Below, piece after piece: positions 32,171-42,063 of a stretch of DNA of 64,000 nt. The notes beneath the pieces are model-generated. The model had not been told where the DNA came from. It did no database searches and saw nothing but the letters and a program-made list of their open reading frames with translations. The stretch's first letter is position 1; each line of letters opens with the position of its first letter. The DNA is from Opitutales bacterium (GTDB lineage Bacteria > Verrucomicrobiota > Verrucomicrobiia > Opitutales > UBA2987). Location of the stretch: contig CBDDEL010000011.1 of the NCBI GenBank assembly GCA_965226885.1, positions 1 through 64,000 on the forward strand, written 5' to 3'. Both the position numbers and the translations under genes were made by a program.

Positions 32171-32188
32171 ATGGCAACAAAATTGCCG
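32171..32188. promoter_or_regulatory. Putative sigma-54 -24/-12 element readable on both strands
   Basis: + strand TGGCAACAAAATTGC and - strand CGGCAATTTTGTTGC, both GG-N10-GC. Confidence 0.5.
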
Positions 32189-32318
32189 GTTTTTATAGCA
32201 AAGAGTTGAAAAAAATCGGAATTTATTTCCATGAATACAGTCGAAGTTTGCCCTGGGATAATCTCGGTTAAATTATATCTCATTCATAATAAAGAAGATG
32301 TAAATCTGCTCAAGCGTC

Positions 32319-32334
32319 TGGCATATGCCCTGCT
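32319..32334 (+). promoter_or_regulatory. Putative sigma-54 promoter of flgB
   Basis: TGGCATATGCCCTGCT, GG-N10-GC, just upstream of the flgB ATG. Confidence 0.5.
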
Positions 32335-32345
32335 CTCGGGCAGGC

Positions 32346-32729
32346 ATGATTGATGGAATCTTCGCTACGGAAAAGTACGTCACCGCCAGGAAAATGCTCG
32401 ACGCGGCCGCCCTCCGTCATAAAGCGCTGGCCGGTAACATGGCCAACGTGGATACCCCCGGATACAAAAGAATCGATATCGCACCCGCTTTTGAAACCCA
32501 GTTGGCGACATTTTTGAAAAGAGGAGATTTACAGGGCATATCCAACCTGCAACCCACACTCACTATCGATGCCTCTGCGGGTGCCGTCAGTCCCGACGGC
32601 AATAACGTCCAATTGGACCACGAGCTACTCTCTGTAAATCGAAACGCGCTTGAATACCAAGTGCTTACCCAGTTTGTGAGCAGTTCGCTCAAACATTTAA
32701 AAACCGCTATATCCGGGCGAATAAGCTGA
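32346..32729 (+). CDS. flgB: Flagellar basal-body rod protein FlgB
   Basis: NMANVDTPGYK, DGNNVQLDHE. Confidence 0.93.
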   Translation: MIDGIFATEKYVTARKMLDAAALRHKALAGNMANVDTPGYKRIDIAPAFETQLATFLKRGDLQGISNLQPTLTIDASAGAVSPDGNNVQLDHELLSVNRNALEYQVLTQFVSSSLKHLKTAISGRIS

Positions 32730-32778
32730 ACCTAAACCATTTGCAGCTAAAGATTTTGCCCTCACCCAACTTTCCAAC

Positions 32779-33204
32779 ATGAATCTTATACCAGCAGTAA
32801 ATGTTTCCGCAGACGCCCTCAATGCTGAAAAAATCCGCATGAGCATTGTGGCTCAAAATATTGCCAACGCCCATACCACCAAGGACAGCAATGGCAAAGT
32901 CTATCAACGAAAAATAGTTTCCTTCGAATCGATTCTGGACCAAAAGAGCGTATCCGGCGGCATCGCCGAACTGGCCCGAACCGTTCGCATACGGGAAATT
33001 TCAAATGACCTCACTCCGGGCAAAAAAATCTATAACCCTCAACACCCAGACGCCGATGAAGATGGCATGGTGGAGATGCCCAATGTGGAAATTTCACGTG
33101 AAATGGTGGACTTGATCTCGGCATCTAGGGCCTACGAGGCCAATTTATCGGTCATTAAAACAGCCCGCCAAATGGCCCAGCAAGCTTTATTAATAGGCCG
33201 ATAA
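32779..33204 (+). CDS. flgC: Flagellar basal-body rod protein FlgC
   Basis: NIANAHT, YNPQHPDADEDGMVEMPNV, RAYEAN. Confidence 0.95.
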   Translation: MNLIPAVNVSADALNAEKIRMSIVAQNIANAHTTKDSNGKVYQRKIVSFESILDQKSVSGGIAELARTVRIREISNDLTPGKKIYNPQHPDADEDGMVEMPNVEISREMVDLISASRAYEANLSVIKTARQMAQQALLIGR

Positions 33205-33230
33205 TCCGGTTCAAACGGGAAAGGTAAATT

Positions 33231-33749
33231 ATGTCATTGATCAGTTCAATACAAGGTTTAGGGGGTTCATTCCTGAGAAACCTCCAACCACCGGGGGTGG
33301 CCACCGGCCAAGACGAAAACAACCGCCTTGGTGCCCCAGGGGGATTGCAAGGTGTCGATTTTTCCAAGGCTCTGGGCGCCATCAAACAATTAAAAGGGAT
33401 GGATTTTTCGAAAGCTCCCGAATTACTGAACGGCTTGACCACGCAATTCGAGCAGCAAGCCCTCATTCGGGCTCCGGAATCCCTCCAAGGGGGTAATTTT
33501 TCCTCCATCAGACCAGCAAGCAGTGGCGCGCCCACATTACCGGACATGTTTGCAAATCTGGTTGACTCAGTTAACCAAAAAGGAGCGGACGCTCGCGCAG
33601 AAACGGCAAAACTTATGTCGGGTGAAACCGACAACATCCACCAAAGTATCATCGCCTTGCAGGAAGCCGGGGTAGCTTTTTCCTTATTGGTCGAGGTGCG
33701 CAACAAGCTGGTCGAATCCTACAAGGAATTGATGCGCATGCAGGTTTAG
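33231..33749 (+). CDS. fliE: Flagellar hook-basal body protein FliE
   Basis: EVRNKLVESYKELMRMQV C-terminus; position after flgC. Confidence 0.92.
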   Translation: MSLISSIQGLGGSFLRNLQPPGVATGQDENNRLGAPGGLQGVDFSKALGAIKQLKGMDFSKAPELLNGLTTQFEQQALIRAPESLQGGNFSSIRPASSGAPTLPDMFANLVDSVNQKGADARAETAKLMSGETDNIHQSIIALQEAGVAFSLLVEVRNKLVESYKELMRMQV

Positions 33750-33810
33750 GAAAAATTTTCAAAGACCCCTGAATTTAAACTATGAATATTTATTTAAAAG
33801 AGATAACTAA

Positions 33811-35377
33811 CCCGGATATTTCGTAAAAAAAGTATCGTTGATATGCTTAACTGCTGATATACAGCAGGATAGATCAATAATTAAAGCAATATCAGCGATG
33901 ACAAAAGGTAAACAATTAAAGCTACAGTTGACAAGGGTAAAAGGCCGCCGTGTGCGGGTTGATCTCAAGGGCGGAGAGGTTACTTCGGATGCCAGACTGC
34001 TTTTGATCCGGGAAGTGGATCGGCAGTTGGGCTTGACCGAACGAGCGGCCCGACAGTTAGTGGACAAACGGCAGAAGGGCAAAGTACGCCATGAGGTATT
34101 GGGGATGCTGCGGCAGCGCGTTTACGGGCTGGTGGCGGGCTATGAGGATTTGAACGACTTTGATACCCTGCGCCACGATCCATTGTTGCAAACGGTAACG
34201 GGGCACATTGAAACGTTGGCCAGCGCGCCGACTTTGTGTCGTTTTGAAAACGGGCAGGATCGGCGGGCGGCCTTTGCGGTAAACGAGCTGTTGGTCGAAC
34301 AGTTCATGGGCTCCTTTGCCGAGGAACCCGAAGAGATCATCCTGGACTTTGACGCCACCGACAATCCGGTGCACGGGCTCCAGGAGGGACGTTTTTTCCA
34401 CGGTTATTATGATCATTACTGTTTTCTGCCGCTATATGTTTTTTGCGGTGATCAGCTGCTGGTGGCCTACCTGCGGCCGAGCAAGATCGATGCCAGCAAG
34501 CATGCCGGGGCCATCCTCAAATTGCTGGTTAGACGGATTCGCCAAAGCTGGCCCCGTACGCGGATTATTTGGCGCGCCGACAGTGGATTTTGTCGAGACC
34601 GGATACTCTCTTGGTGCGACCGCAACGAAGTTAGTTACATCGTGGGGATGGCTCGCAATGCACGCTTGCAGCAAGACGCCCAGCAGTTGCAAAAGCAGGC
34701 CAAAGAATGGTTCGAACTAAGGGGTAAAAAACAACGGTTATTCCAGGACTTCGTCTATGCTGCCGATTCGTGGCGATGGCTGCGGTTGGTCATCCATAAA
34801 GCCGAACACACCGCACAGGGGTCCAACCCGCGCTTCGTGGTGACGAACCTGCCGGGCGATCCCCAGGAGCTTTACGACAAGGTATACTGTGGCCGCGGTG
34901 AAATGGAGAACCGAATCAAGGAACAGATGCAATTGTTCAGCGAGCGCACCAGCGCCCATCAATGGTGGGCCAATCAGTGGCGATTGCTCTTGTCGGCGCT
35001 GGCCTACACCTTGATGGAAGCCATGCGCCGGTTAGCCTTAAAAGGGACGAAGTGGGCGCGGGCCCAATGCCACACCCTGCGGCTCAAATTAATCAAGATC
35101 GGAGCGGTCATCGTGCGCAACACCCGAACGATTCACTTTCACCTAAGTGAGAGTTATCCTTGGGCCAGTCTTTTCAACCATGCGGCCCGCCGATTGGTGC
35201 CAACCTAAAGGGTGCATTGGTGCTGCCCCCGGCACTACCGAACCAATGGGGGAAAGGGGGCAGTGTCTCTACACCCTGAAAAACACCTAAAAATCAAGAC
35301 GATCTGCTCAAAATACAAAGAAATCCATCTCCAATAGCAATAACGAGCCAAACTTTACCCTTCATGAAATATCCGGG
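33811..35377 (+). mobile_element. IS1380-family element, copy E, 1567 bp
   Basis: IRs at both ends; flanks CTAA (33807-33810) and TTAA (35378-35381). Confidence 0.95.
33898..35208 (+). CDS. IS1380 transposase (copy E)
   Basis: Same DDE motifs as other copies; TSDAG changed to TSDAR. Confidence 0.93.
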   Translation: MTKGKQLKLQLTRVKGRRVRVDLKGGEVTSDARLLLIREVDRQLGLTERAARQLVDKRQKGKVRHEVLGMLRQRVYGLVAGYEDLNDFDTLRHDPLLQTVTGHIETLASAPTLCRFENGQDRRAAFAVNELLVEQFMGSFAEEPEEIILDFDATDNPVHGLQEGRFFHGYYDHYCFLPLYVFCGDQLLVAYLRPSKIDASKHAGAILKLLVRRIRQSWPRTRIIWRADSGFCRDRILSWCDRNEVSYIVGMARNARLQQDAQQLQKQAKEWFELRGKKQRLFQDFVYAADSWRWLRLVIHKAEHTAQGSNPRFVVTNLPGDPQELYDKVYCGRGEMENRIKEQMQLFSERTSAHQWWANQWRLLLSALAYTLMEAMRRLALKGTKWARAQCHTLRLKLIKIGAVIVRNTRTIHFHLSESYPWASLFNHAARRLVPT

Positions 35378-36955
35378 TTAAGCTCTGGTCCCAGTTGGGA
35401 TTCAGTCAAAAGGTATCCATTTGCCTGTCTTTTTTCGGCGTAATTATTGGAATGATAGCTCTTCTGGTATGGACCAGCCGCCCCAATTTGAGACTTCTTT
35501 ACGGGAATTTGAATTCTGAGGATATATCGGAAATTCTCTCTGTCATAGAAGACCAGAGCATCCCATACCGCATCGGCCAAGGCGGTTCTTCAATTTATGT
35601 TTCCAGCGATATGGTTTACAAGATGCGCATGGACCTTGCGGCCAAAGGCATTCCAAATGGCGGCGACGTCGGTTTCGAAATTTTTGACAAAGCAAATTTC
35701 GGAATCAGCGATTTCATACAAAGGACAAATTATATGCGCGCCGTGCAAGGTGAGCTCTCCCGCACGATTTCTCAACTCCAAGGCGTACGTTCCGCCCGCG
35801 TCATGGTTGTCGTGCCGGAAAACCGGTTACTCGTGGCCAACCAGCAGGGCGGCGGGGCAACGGCCTCCGTCTTTATTAATACGGGAGGCACCCTGCTCGC
35901 TCAAGAAGCCGTCAATTCCATCCGTTTTATCGTGGCCAACGCAGTGGAGGGACTCTTATTGGACAACGTCGCCGTGGTTGACAACCACGGAAAAGTAATC
36001 TCGGAGAACCTCCGGCAAGAAGGCTTGGCCGGAATGGGAATCGGCCAGTTCAAATACCGAAAAAACATTGAAGATTATTTTTCCCAAAAAATCGAAAGCA
36101 TGCTCGGCAAAGTGGTCGGGTTGGGCAATGTGGTGGCCCGGGTCTCGGTGGAGGTAGATTCCGAAACCTCAACTATTGTCGAAGAAAAATTCGATCCTGA
36201 CGGCCAGGTTCCCAGATCGGAAACCAATACCGAGGACATTGTTGTGACCACTGAGGCCAGTTCGAATCAATCCGGTGACGACGCCGGAAATGGGCCGCAA
36301 CCGGCAGCCACCAACAACACCCGTGAGACCCACAAAAATAAAATCACCTCCTACGAGATCAACAGTTCCACCCAGGAAACGATAAAAACACCGGGAACCA
36401 TTAAAAACATCAGCGCGGCCGTATTTATCGCCATGCGGATGGAAAAGGCCGCAGAGGGTGAAAAGGCCAGTCCCATTTCCCGCACCCCCGAAGAAATACA
36501 AATTTTGCGCGTAATGGTGCATAACGCAATTGGCGTGGATGTGGCCGGCATATCGGGAAAAGGGTCAGTTTCTCTGGAAGAAATCATTTTCCATGTTCCG
36601 GAGGTTGTGCCGGAGGACGGGCTCATGAAATTACAGGACCAGTTTTTGCGCTGGTATGATCTGGGCCGCAACTTTTTCGCCATCGGCATAGCAATTATCA
36701 TGTTCGTCATATTCCTTCGCATGGTCAAACGCCATAAACCGGGGAACGCCGAATTGGCGGTACTGGCTGAAGATAATCCCAATGGCTTGCGGAAGGCAGC
36801 TGAAATTACCAATTTCCTGACCCCGGATATGCTGAATGAATTAATTCAGGAAAAACCTGAAAACGTTAGTACAGCTTTGAAGAATTGGGCCACCAATGGT
36901 CCGGCCAATTAGTGTTATTTACATCTACTATCACCCTTTAATTTAAGCCTGACAA

Positions 36956-37471
36956 ATGAACGTTTCAAACCTGCAGCATATCGATTATAAACAGCTTGGA
37001 AAACTGCAAAAATTGGCTCTCTTTATGATCGTAATCGGGCCGGTCGCAGCATCCGAACTGTTAAAATTCTTCGAAGATCCCGATATCGAAATGATCTGCC
37101 GGGAAATCACTACTTTCAAAATCATTGACAGGTCCATCCAGTCGCAGACGGCCGAAGAATTTGCTGAAATCATTGGCGAAAGCCTTAACGCCATTTTGGG
37201 TGGACCGAGTTTTGCCCAAAAAGCGTTGGAATTGGCCAAGGGCGACTACCAGGCTATTAATATGCTGGGCCGCATCGCTCCCTTGGGTAATTCCTCCGAA
37301 GTCATTAAAGATGTTAGCGAGATGGAACCGGGGCAAATATATAACCTGATTCGCAACGAGCAAGCTCAGACCATCGCTTTTGTCATCTCCCATCTCAGCC
37401 TGGAAAAGGCCACTAACATGCTCACTATGCTTACTCCCGATCTTCGAGAGGAAGTAATCGAACGGATTTGA
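36956..37471 (+). pseudogene. fliG: Flagellar motor switch protein FliG, truncated by IS3 end
   Basis: QKLALFMI, GGPSFAQKAL, NEQAQTIA; ends at EVIERI where the IS3 terminal TGA starts; about half the usual length. Confidence 0.9.
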
Positions 37472-37581
37472 TCGGACCCCATCTTTGCTACCACTTTAAG
37501 TGAGAGTATTTCCGTAGGTTTGGTATTGTAGGTTTTGCAGCGGGTGGCGCAATGAGGCCGTAGGCCGAATGGAGCCAGCCG

Positions 37582-38384
37582 GGTAGTGTATAAAAAAAGA
37601 ATGTTATTTTGTATTTTTAGCTGTACAAATAGCGTTAGGCAGTTTATTTTTAGTGCATGGTTACTAAAATTATTAATTGTCGGCACTGTGGAAGTGAAAA
37701 TATCATTAAATTTGGCAAGACGCCCAACCATAAACAGCGCTACCGCTGCCATGATTGTGGTAAACAAAGCCGCAAAACCCCACAGTGAAATACACCGAAG
37801 AGCAAAAAGAAATGATCCTTCGAGTCTATCAGGAACGCAGCAGTCTACGCGGTTTACAGCGCGCCTTCGGGGTGAGTCCCAACACCGTTTTGAGTTGGTT
37901 AAAAAAAACGACAATCGCTGCGACCGCTCAAAAGCACGATTCTTGCGGCCCGCCGCCATGATGTCATTGAACTGGACGAACTGTGGTCTTTTGTGGGGCG
38001 CAAGAGCGATGCCCAATGGGTCTGGATCGCTCTTTGCCGACGCACCCGTCAAATCCTCTCCTATGCCATTGGGCCTCGGGATTGGTATCGTTGCCGGGAA
38101 CTTTACGAGCGTCTGCCACGGGCCTACAAAAGATGTGCCACCTACAGCGACTTTTGGAGCACTTATGATGAAGTCTTTCCTCATAACCGATCCGTGGGAA
38201 AAGAGAAACCGGTGAAACGGCCCATGTGGAACGATGGAACAATACCCTGCGCCAACGACTGGGTCGTTTCACACGCAAAACCCTCTCCTTTTCCAAGCTT
38301 AAGAGTATGCATGAAACCTGTCTGAGACTTTTCATTCATCAATATAATCAAGAATTAGCCACCATTCCTACTTAATACACTACC
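37582..38384 (+). mobile_element. IS1-family element, copy B (frameshifts in insA and insB)
   Basis: IRs as copy A; 1-bp deletion near 37773 and extra AG near 38203. Confidence 0.92.
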
Positions 38385-38563
38385 AATCCCGCTTTGTGAT
38401 CTTCCTGGATTATGACCAGTGAATCGTCGATGGCCTTTTTTATTTTATCCCGAAATGCACTTTTTTCATCATTACCGGTTCCTCCGAAATCCATTTGACT
38501 GGCCATGGAACGATTGCCAACCGATTTGGTGTAATTCTCAAGGGATCTCTCTTTAGAACGTTT

Positions 38564-39365
38564 GGTAGTGTATAAAAAAAGAATGTTATTTTGTATTTTT
38601 AGCTGTACAAATAGCGTTAGGCAGTTTATTCTTAGTGCATGGTTACTAAAATTATTAATTGTCGGCACTGTGGAAGTGAAAATATCATTAAATTTGGCAA
38701 GACGCCCAACCATAAACAGCGCTACCGCTGCCATGATTGTGGTAAACAAAGCCGCGAAAACCCCACAGTGAAATACACCGAAGAGCAAAAAGAAATGATC
38801 CTTCGAGTCTATCAGGAACGCAGCAGTCTACGCGGTTTACAGCGCGCCTTCGGGGTGAGTCCCAACACCGTTTTGAGTTGGTTAAAAAAAACGACAATCG
38901 CTGCGACCGCTCAAAAGCACGATTCTTGCGGCCCGCCGCCATGATGTCATTGAACTGGACGAACTGTGGTCTTTTGTGGGGCGCAAGAGCGATGCCCAAT
39001 GGGTTTGGATCGCTCTTTGCCGACGCACCCGTCAAATCCTCTCCTATGCCATTGGGCCTCGGGATTGGTATCGTTGCCGGGAACTTTACGAGCGTCTGCC
39101 ACGGGCCTACAAAAGATGTGCCACCTACAGCGACTTTTGGAGCACTTATGATGAAGTCTTTCCTCATAACCGATCCGTGGGAAAAGAAACCGGTGAAACG
39201 GCCCATGTGGAACGATGGAACAATACCCTGCGCCAACGACTGGGTCGTTTCACACGCAAAACCCTCTCCTTTTCCAAGCTTAAGAGTATGCATGAAACCT
39301 GTCTGAGACTTTTCATTCATCAATATAATCAAGAATTAGCCACCATTCCTACTTAATACACTACC
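38564..39365 (+). mobile_element. IS1-family element, copy C (apparently intact)
   Basis: 802 bp; InsA 38639..38944; InsB to 39356 with [20 protein letters not shown]. Confidence 0.93.
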
Positions 39366-40053
39366 GCCAGCCGCTGCTTTGTTGATTGTTCGCCAGAGTC
39401 TGGCAAATGTATTTGGGGAGAGAAAGCCTAATCGGCTGTGGGGGTGTTTCGCGTTGTATTTGTGTCGCCATTGTTCGACCACCACACGCGCTTCGGTCAC
39501 GCTCAGGAACAGTTCCTGATTAAGGCATTCATCGCGCAAACGATTATGAAAGGATTCTATATGTCCATTCTGCCAAGGGCTTCCTGGATCAATGTATGCA
39601 ATGGCAATTTCCTGCCGCTGCAGTTCTTCTTTGACTTGGTGGGCTATAAACTCCGATCCGTTGTCCGAGCGGATGCACTGAGGTTTGCCGTTCTCTCTTA
39701 TGGCATCGTTCAATACCTCTACCACATCGGCACTTTTCAGTGAGCGCGCAACCTTAATGGCCAGGCATTGACGGGTATGTTCATCGATCAGTGTCAAGAG
39801 CCTGAGCGGACCGCCCCGGTCGGTGCGATCCGCCACGAAGTCCCAACTCCACACATGGTTGGGCTGCACTGCTCGGGTCGGGGTAGCCGTGGATTGGCCC
39901 TGCCGGCGACGGCGCTTGCGAGACGGGCGCACACCCAGTCCTTCGAAACGACGCACTTTTTGGACGAATTTGCGACTCACGGGCCAACAAAGCGCGGATC
40001 CGACGATAGCCATAGCGCGGATGCTTCTTCGAAAAGGCAATGATGCGTGCCAC

Positions 40054-40616
40054 CAGTTTATCAAAAACTATCCGGATAGCCATCTGGTGGCGGAGAGCCA
40101 CTTTCTGCTGGCCAATTCTTATAAACGCCTCAAAAGGCCGCGTGAGGCGGTGGCGGAAACGCTCAATTTCGTGAGGCGGTGGCGGAAACGCTCAATTTAT
40201 TACGTAAAAACCTGATCAATCGTAAGACGGATGAATCGTTATGGTTTTATTGGAAAAAGAGAACGGGCAACCAACTGGCCAATGAATTTTATGAGCAAAG
40301 CGATTTTTTAAGCGCCCTGAAAATTTACCAGGCAATGTCGCCGCTAAACAAGGATCCAGAGTGGCAGTGGCCCAGAATTTACCAAATTGGATTGTGTTTC
40401 GAGCGTTTGCGGATGCTGCCCAAAGCGCGCGAGGCTTACCGTCTTCTGGTTGAAGAAGAGGAGTGGGAAAATAGCCAATACGATCTCAATGAAAACCTTC
40501 AAACGATCAAAGAAATGGCTATCTGGCGGTTGGGGCATATTGATTGGCTCTCAAAAACGGAGTCCGGCATATCGAGTTTATTGGCCACTTCCAAAGAAAC
40601 CGAAATTTTAAATTAA
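40054..40616 (+). pseudogene. C-terminal fragment of a TPR protein, frameshifted
   Basis: QFIKNYPDSHLVAESHFLLANSY..., YQIGLCFERL; no 5' end; 29-bp duplication shifts the frame. Confidence 0.75.
40141..40198. repeat. 29-bp tandem duplication
   Basis: CGTGAGGCGGTGGCGGAAACGCTCAATTT twice. Confidence 0.95.
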
Positions 40617-40625
40617 CCTTGTTTA

Positions 40626-41005
40626 TGAATCTAAAAAAAATCAAAGACACGCTTCAAGTTCATCTTGAAAATTGTGAAATCGCCTATGCCATTCTACTTG
40701 AGGAGAAAAGCATTCTGAAGAGAGAGGGGAAACCTCCATCCGAGGAATTTTTAGAGAAAAAAAGAAATCTTTTGCCTCAGCTCGATGAATCTTTAAGCGC
40801 TTTGAAGAATTTGCGGGAGACGGGCCCAATCAGAGGAGCGCAAAACCGAAAATTGATTGATGACACCCAGAAAAAATTGATGAAAATTTTTCTTCTGGAT
40901 CGGGAAAACGAGCAACTTTTATTAAAAATGTCGTTTTCGTTGCGACCTCAGAACAAGGAATTGAAAATTTCCCCGGCACAACTGCGAAACACCTATAACC
41001 GATAA
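40626..41005 (+). CDS. Helical hypothetical protein, possibly a FlgN-like flagellar chaperone
   Basis: ORF MNLKKIKD...LDRENEQLLLK; function inferred from size, pattern and context only. Confidence 0.55.
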
Positions 41006-41077
41006 ATTATTTAGGCGAAAGCTAGAGCGTAAAGAGCCAGGCATTAAGTATGCCTAAGTTGTCTTAAATACCTGTGT

Positions 41078-41644
41078 TTAATAACTGTATGCAGGCTCCC
41101 AATCATTAATGCCGTCGGCCAAAAGGTTGATCAGGTGCCAGGTTCCGCAAAATAGATCCATGATGGGCCCAAAAAAGGCCTGGGCAACCCTGTAAATCTC
41201 CCCATTTCCATCCTTCCAAAATGTGGAGACGCCCGGCCACCAACCATCTTCTTTTTTAAAGCCCATATCCTCAATGAAGCTGGAATCTTCGCCGGAGAGC
41301 ATTTTGAATTTCCATCCTCTGGATTGAGCGAATTCCCTTTGGGTTTGCGGACTGTCGGGTGAGACTACGACAAACCCAGCCCGGTTTTCCAGGTGTTGCC
41401 AGACGCCGTTAAAACCATCCGCCCACAGTGTGCAATAAGGGCAACTTTTGCCCATGTTATGAACAACAATGAGATCCCGTTTATCGCCAAAAAGAGAGGA
41501 TAGCTTTACCGTGGCGCCGGTTTCGTTTGTCAGCTCATAATCCTGAACTTTTACTTTTTCTGCCTTCCGTTTCAATTCCGCCAATTGCCGCGATTTTTCC
41601 AGCAATTCGGTTTCCAGGTTTTGTATGGTTTCTTCCGTTGTCAT
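41078..41644 (-). CDS. DUF899 family thioredoxin-like protein
   Basis: LSSLFGDKRDLIVVHNM, CPYC, ARSRGW-like AQSRGW, PGVSTF. Confidence 0.82.
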   Translation of the reverse strand: MTTEETIQNLETELLEKSRQLAELKRKAEKVKVQDYELTNETGATVKLSSLFGDKRDLIVVHNMGKSCPYCTLWADGFNGVWQHLENRAGFVVVSPDSPQTQREFAQSRGWKFKMLSGEDSSFIEDMGFKKEDGWWPGVSTFWKDGNGEIYRVAQAFFGPIMDLFCGTWHLINLLADGINDWEPAYSY

Positions 41645-41709
41645 TGTTTTTTAGTTAATTTTTGCGTATTTGCATTTTTCGAGAATGCGACTGCAAACCT
41701 GCATGCTGA

Positions 41710-41880
41710 TTATGGTGCCCACCGACCGGCCGATCCAATAGCGCCCCCGATTAATTGCGACACGATATTGGCGATTCCATGAGAGGCTTTCTCTTTGCCG
41801 ATGCTCATCAAACACAGAGTAATGGCCGGATTTATCTGGCCTCCAGATATATTCATGGTGGCAGTAACCGCCAACCTTGG
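41710..41880 (-). pseudogene. Aquaporin (MIP family) fragment
   Basis: LAVTATMNISGGQINPAITL...IVSQLIGGAIG matches the first NPA loop; no full ORF. Confidence 0.65.
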
Positions 41881-42063
41881 CCAATCGAAAAAAGGCTTCC
41901 AGCCCTTTATATATTGGGTATTCCGTTTATTCATGAAGCTTACAGGCCATCCACCGTTTGAACATTACAGGGAATAAAAGCGTATTGAAAGCAGAAAATT
42001 GGATCGAAATATTGGAAAGTAGCTATTTACAACGATTATGAATGTTCAAATGGGAAATCTCGG

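Larger units (their letters stand above)
33782..36912 (+). pseudogene. fliF: Flagellar M-ring protein FliF interrupted after 9 codons by IS1380
   Basis: Removing the IS restores MNIYLKEI(T/I)KLWSQLGFSQK...; VGFEIFDK, GELSRTI, ARV motifs; ORF 35395..36912 remains open. Confidence 0.9.
37582..39365 (+). mobile_element. IS1 composite unit: IS1 - 179 bp - IS1
   Basis: 8-bp TSD GCCAGCCG at 37574-37581 and 39366-39373 flanks the pair, not the single copies. Confidence 0.85.
37469..40062 (-). mobile_element. IS3-family remnant (right end and orfB only), interrupted by IS1 composite
   Basis: End TGATCGGACCCC at 37469; orfB motifs RYGYRRI, WSWDF, SDNGSEF, PGSPWQNGHIESF, HPHSRLG; orfA and left end absent. 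Confidence 0.85.

Noticed and set aside
35210..35276. HDV-like ribozyme reading of the IS1380 3' structure
   Set aside because: Stem order is partly similar but P4 and the catalytic J4/2 cytosine are absent.
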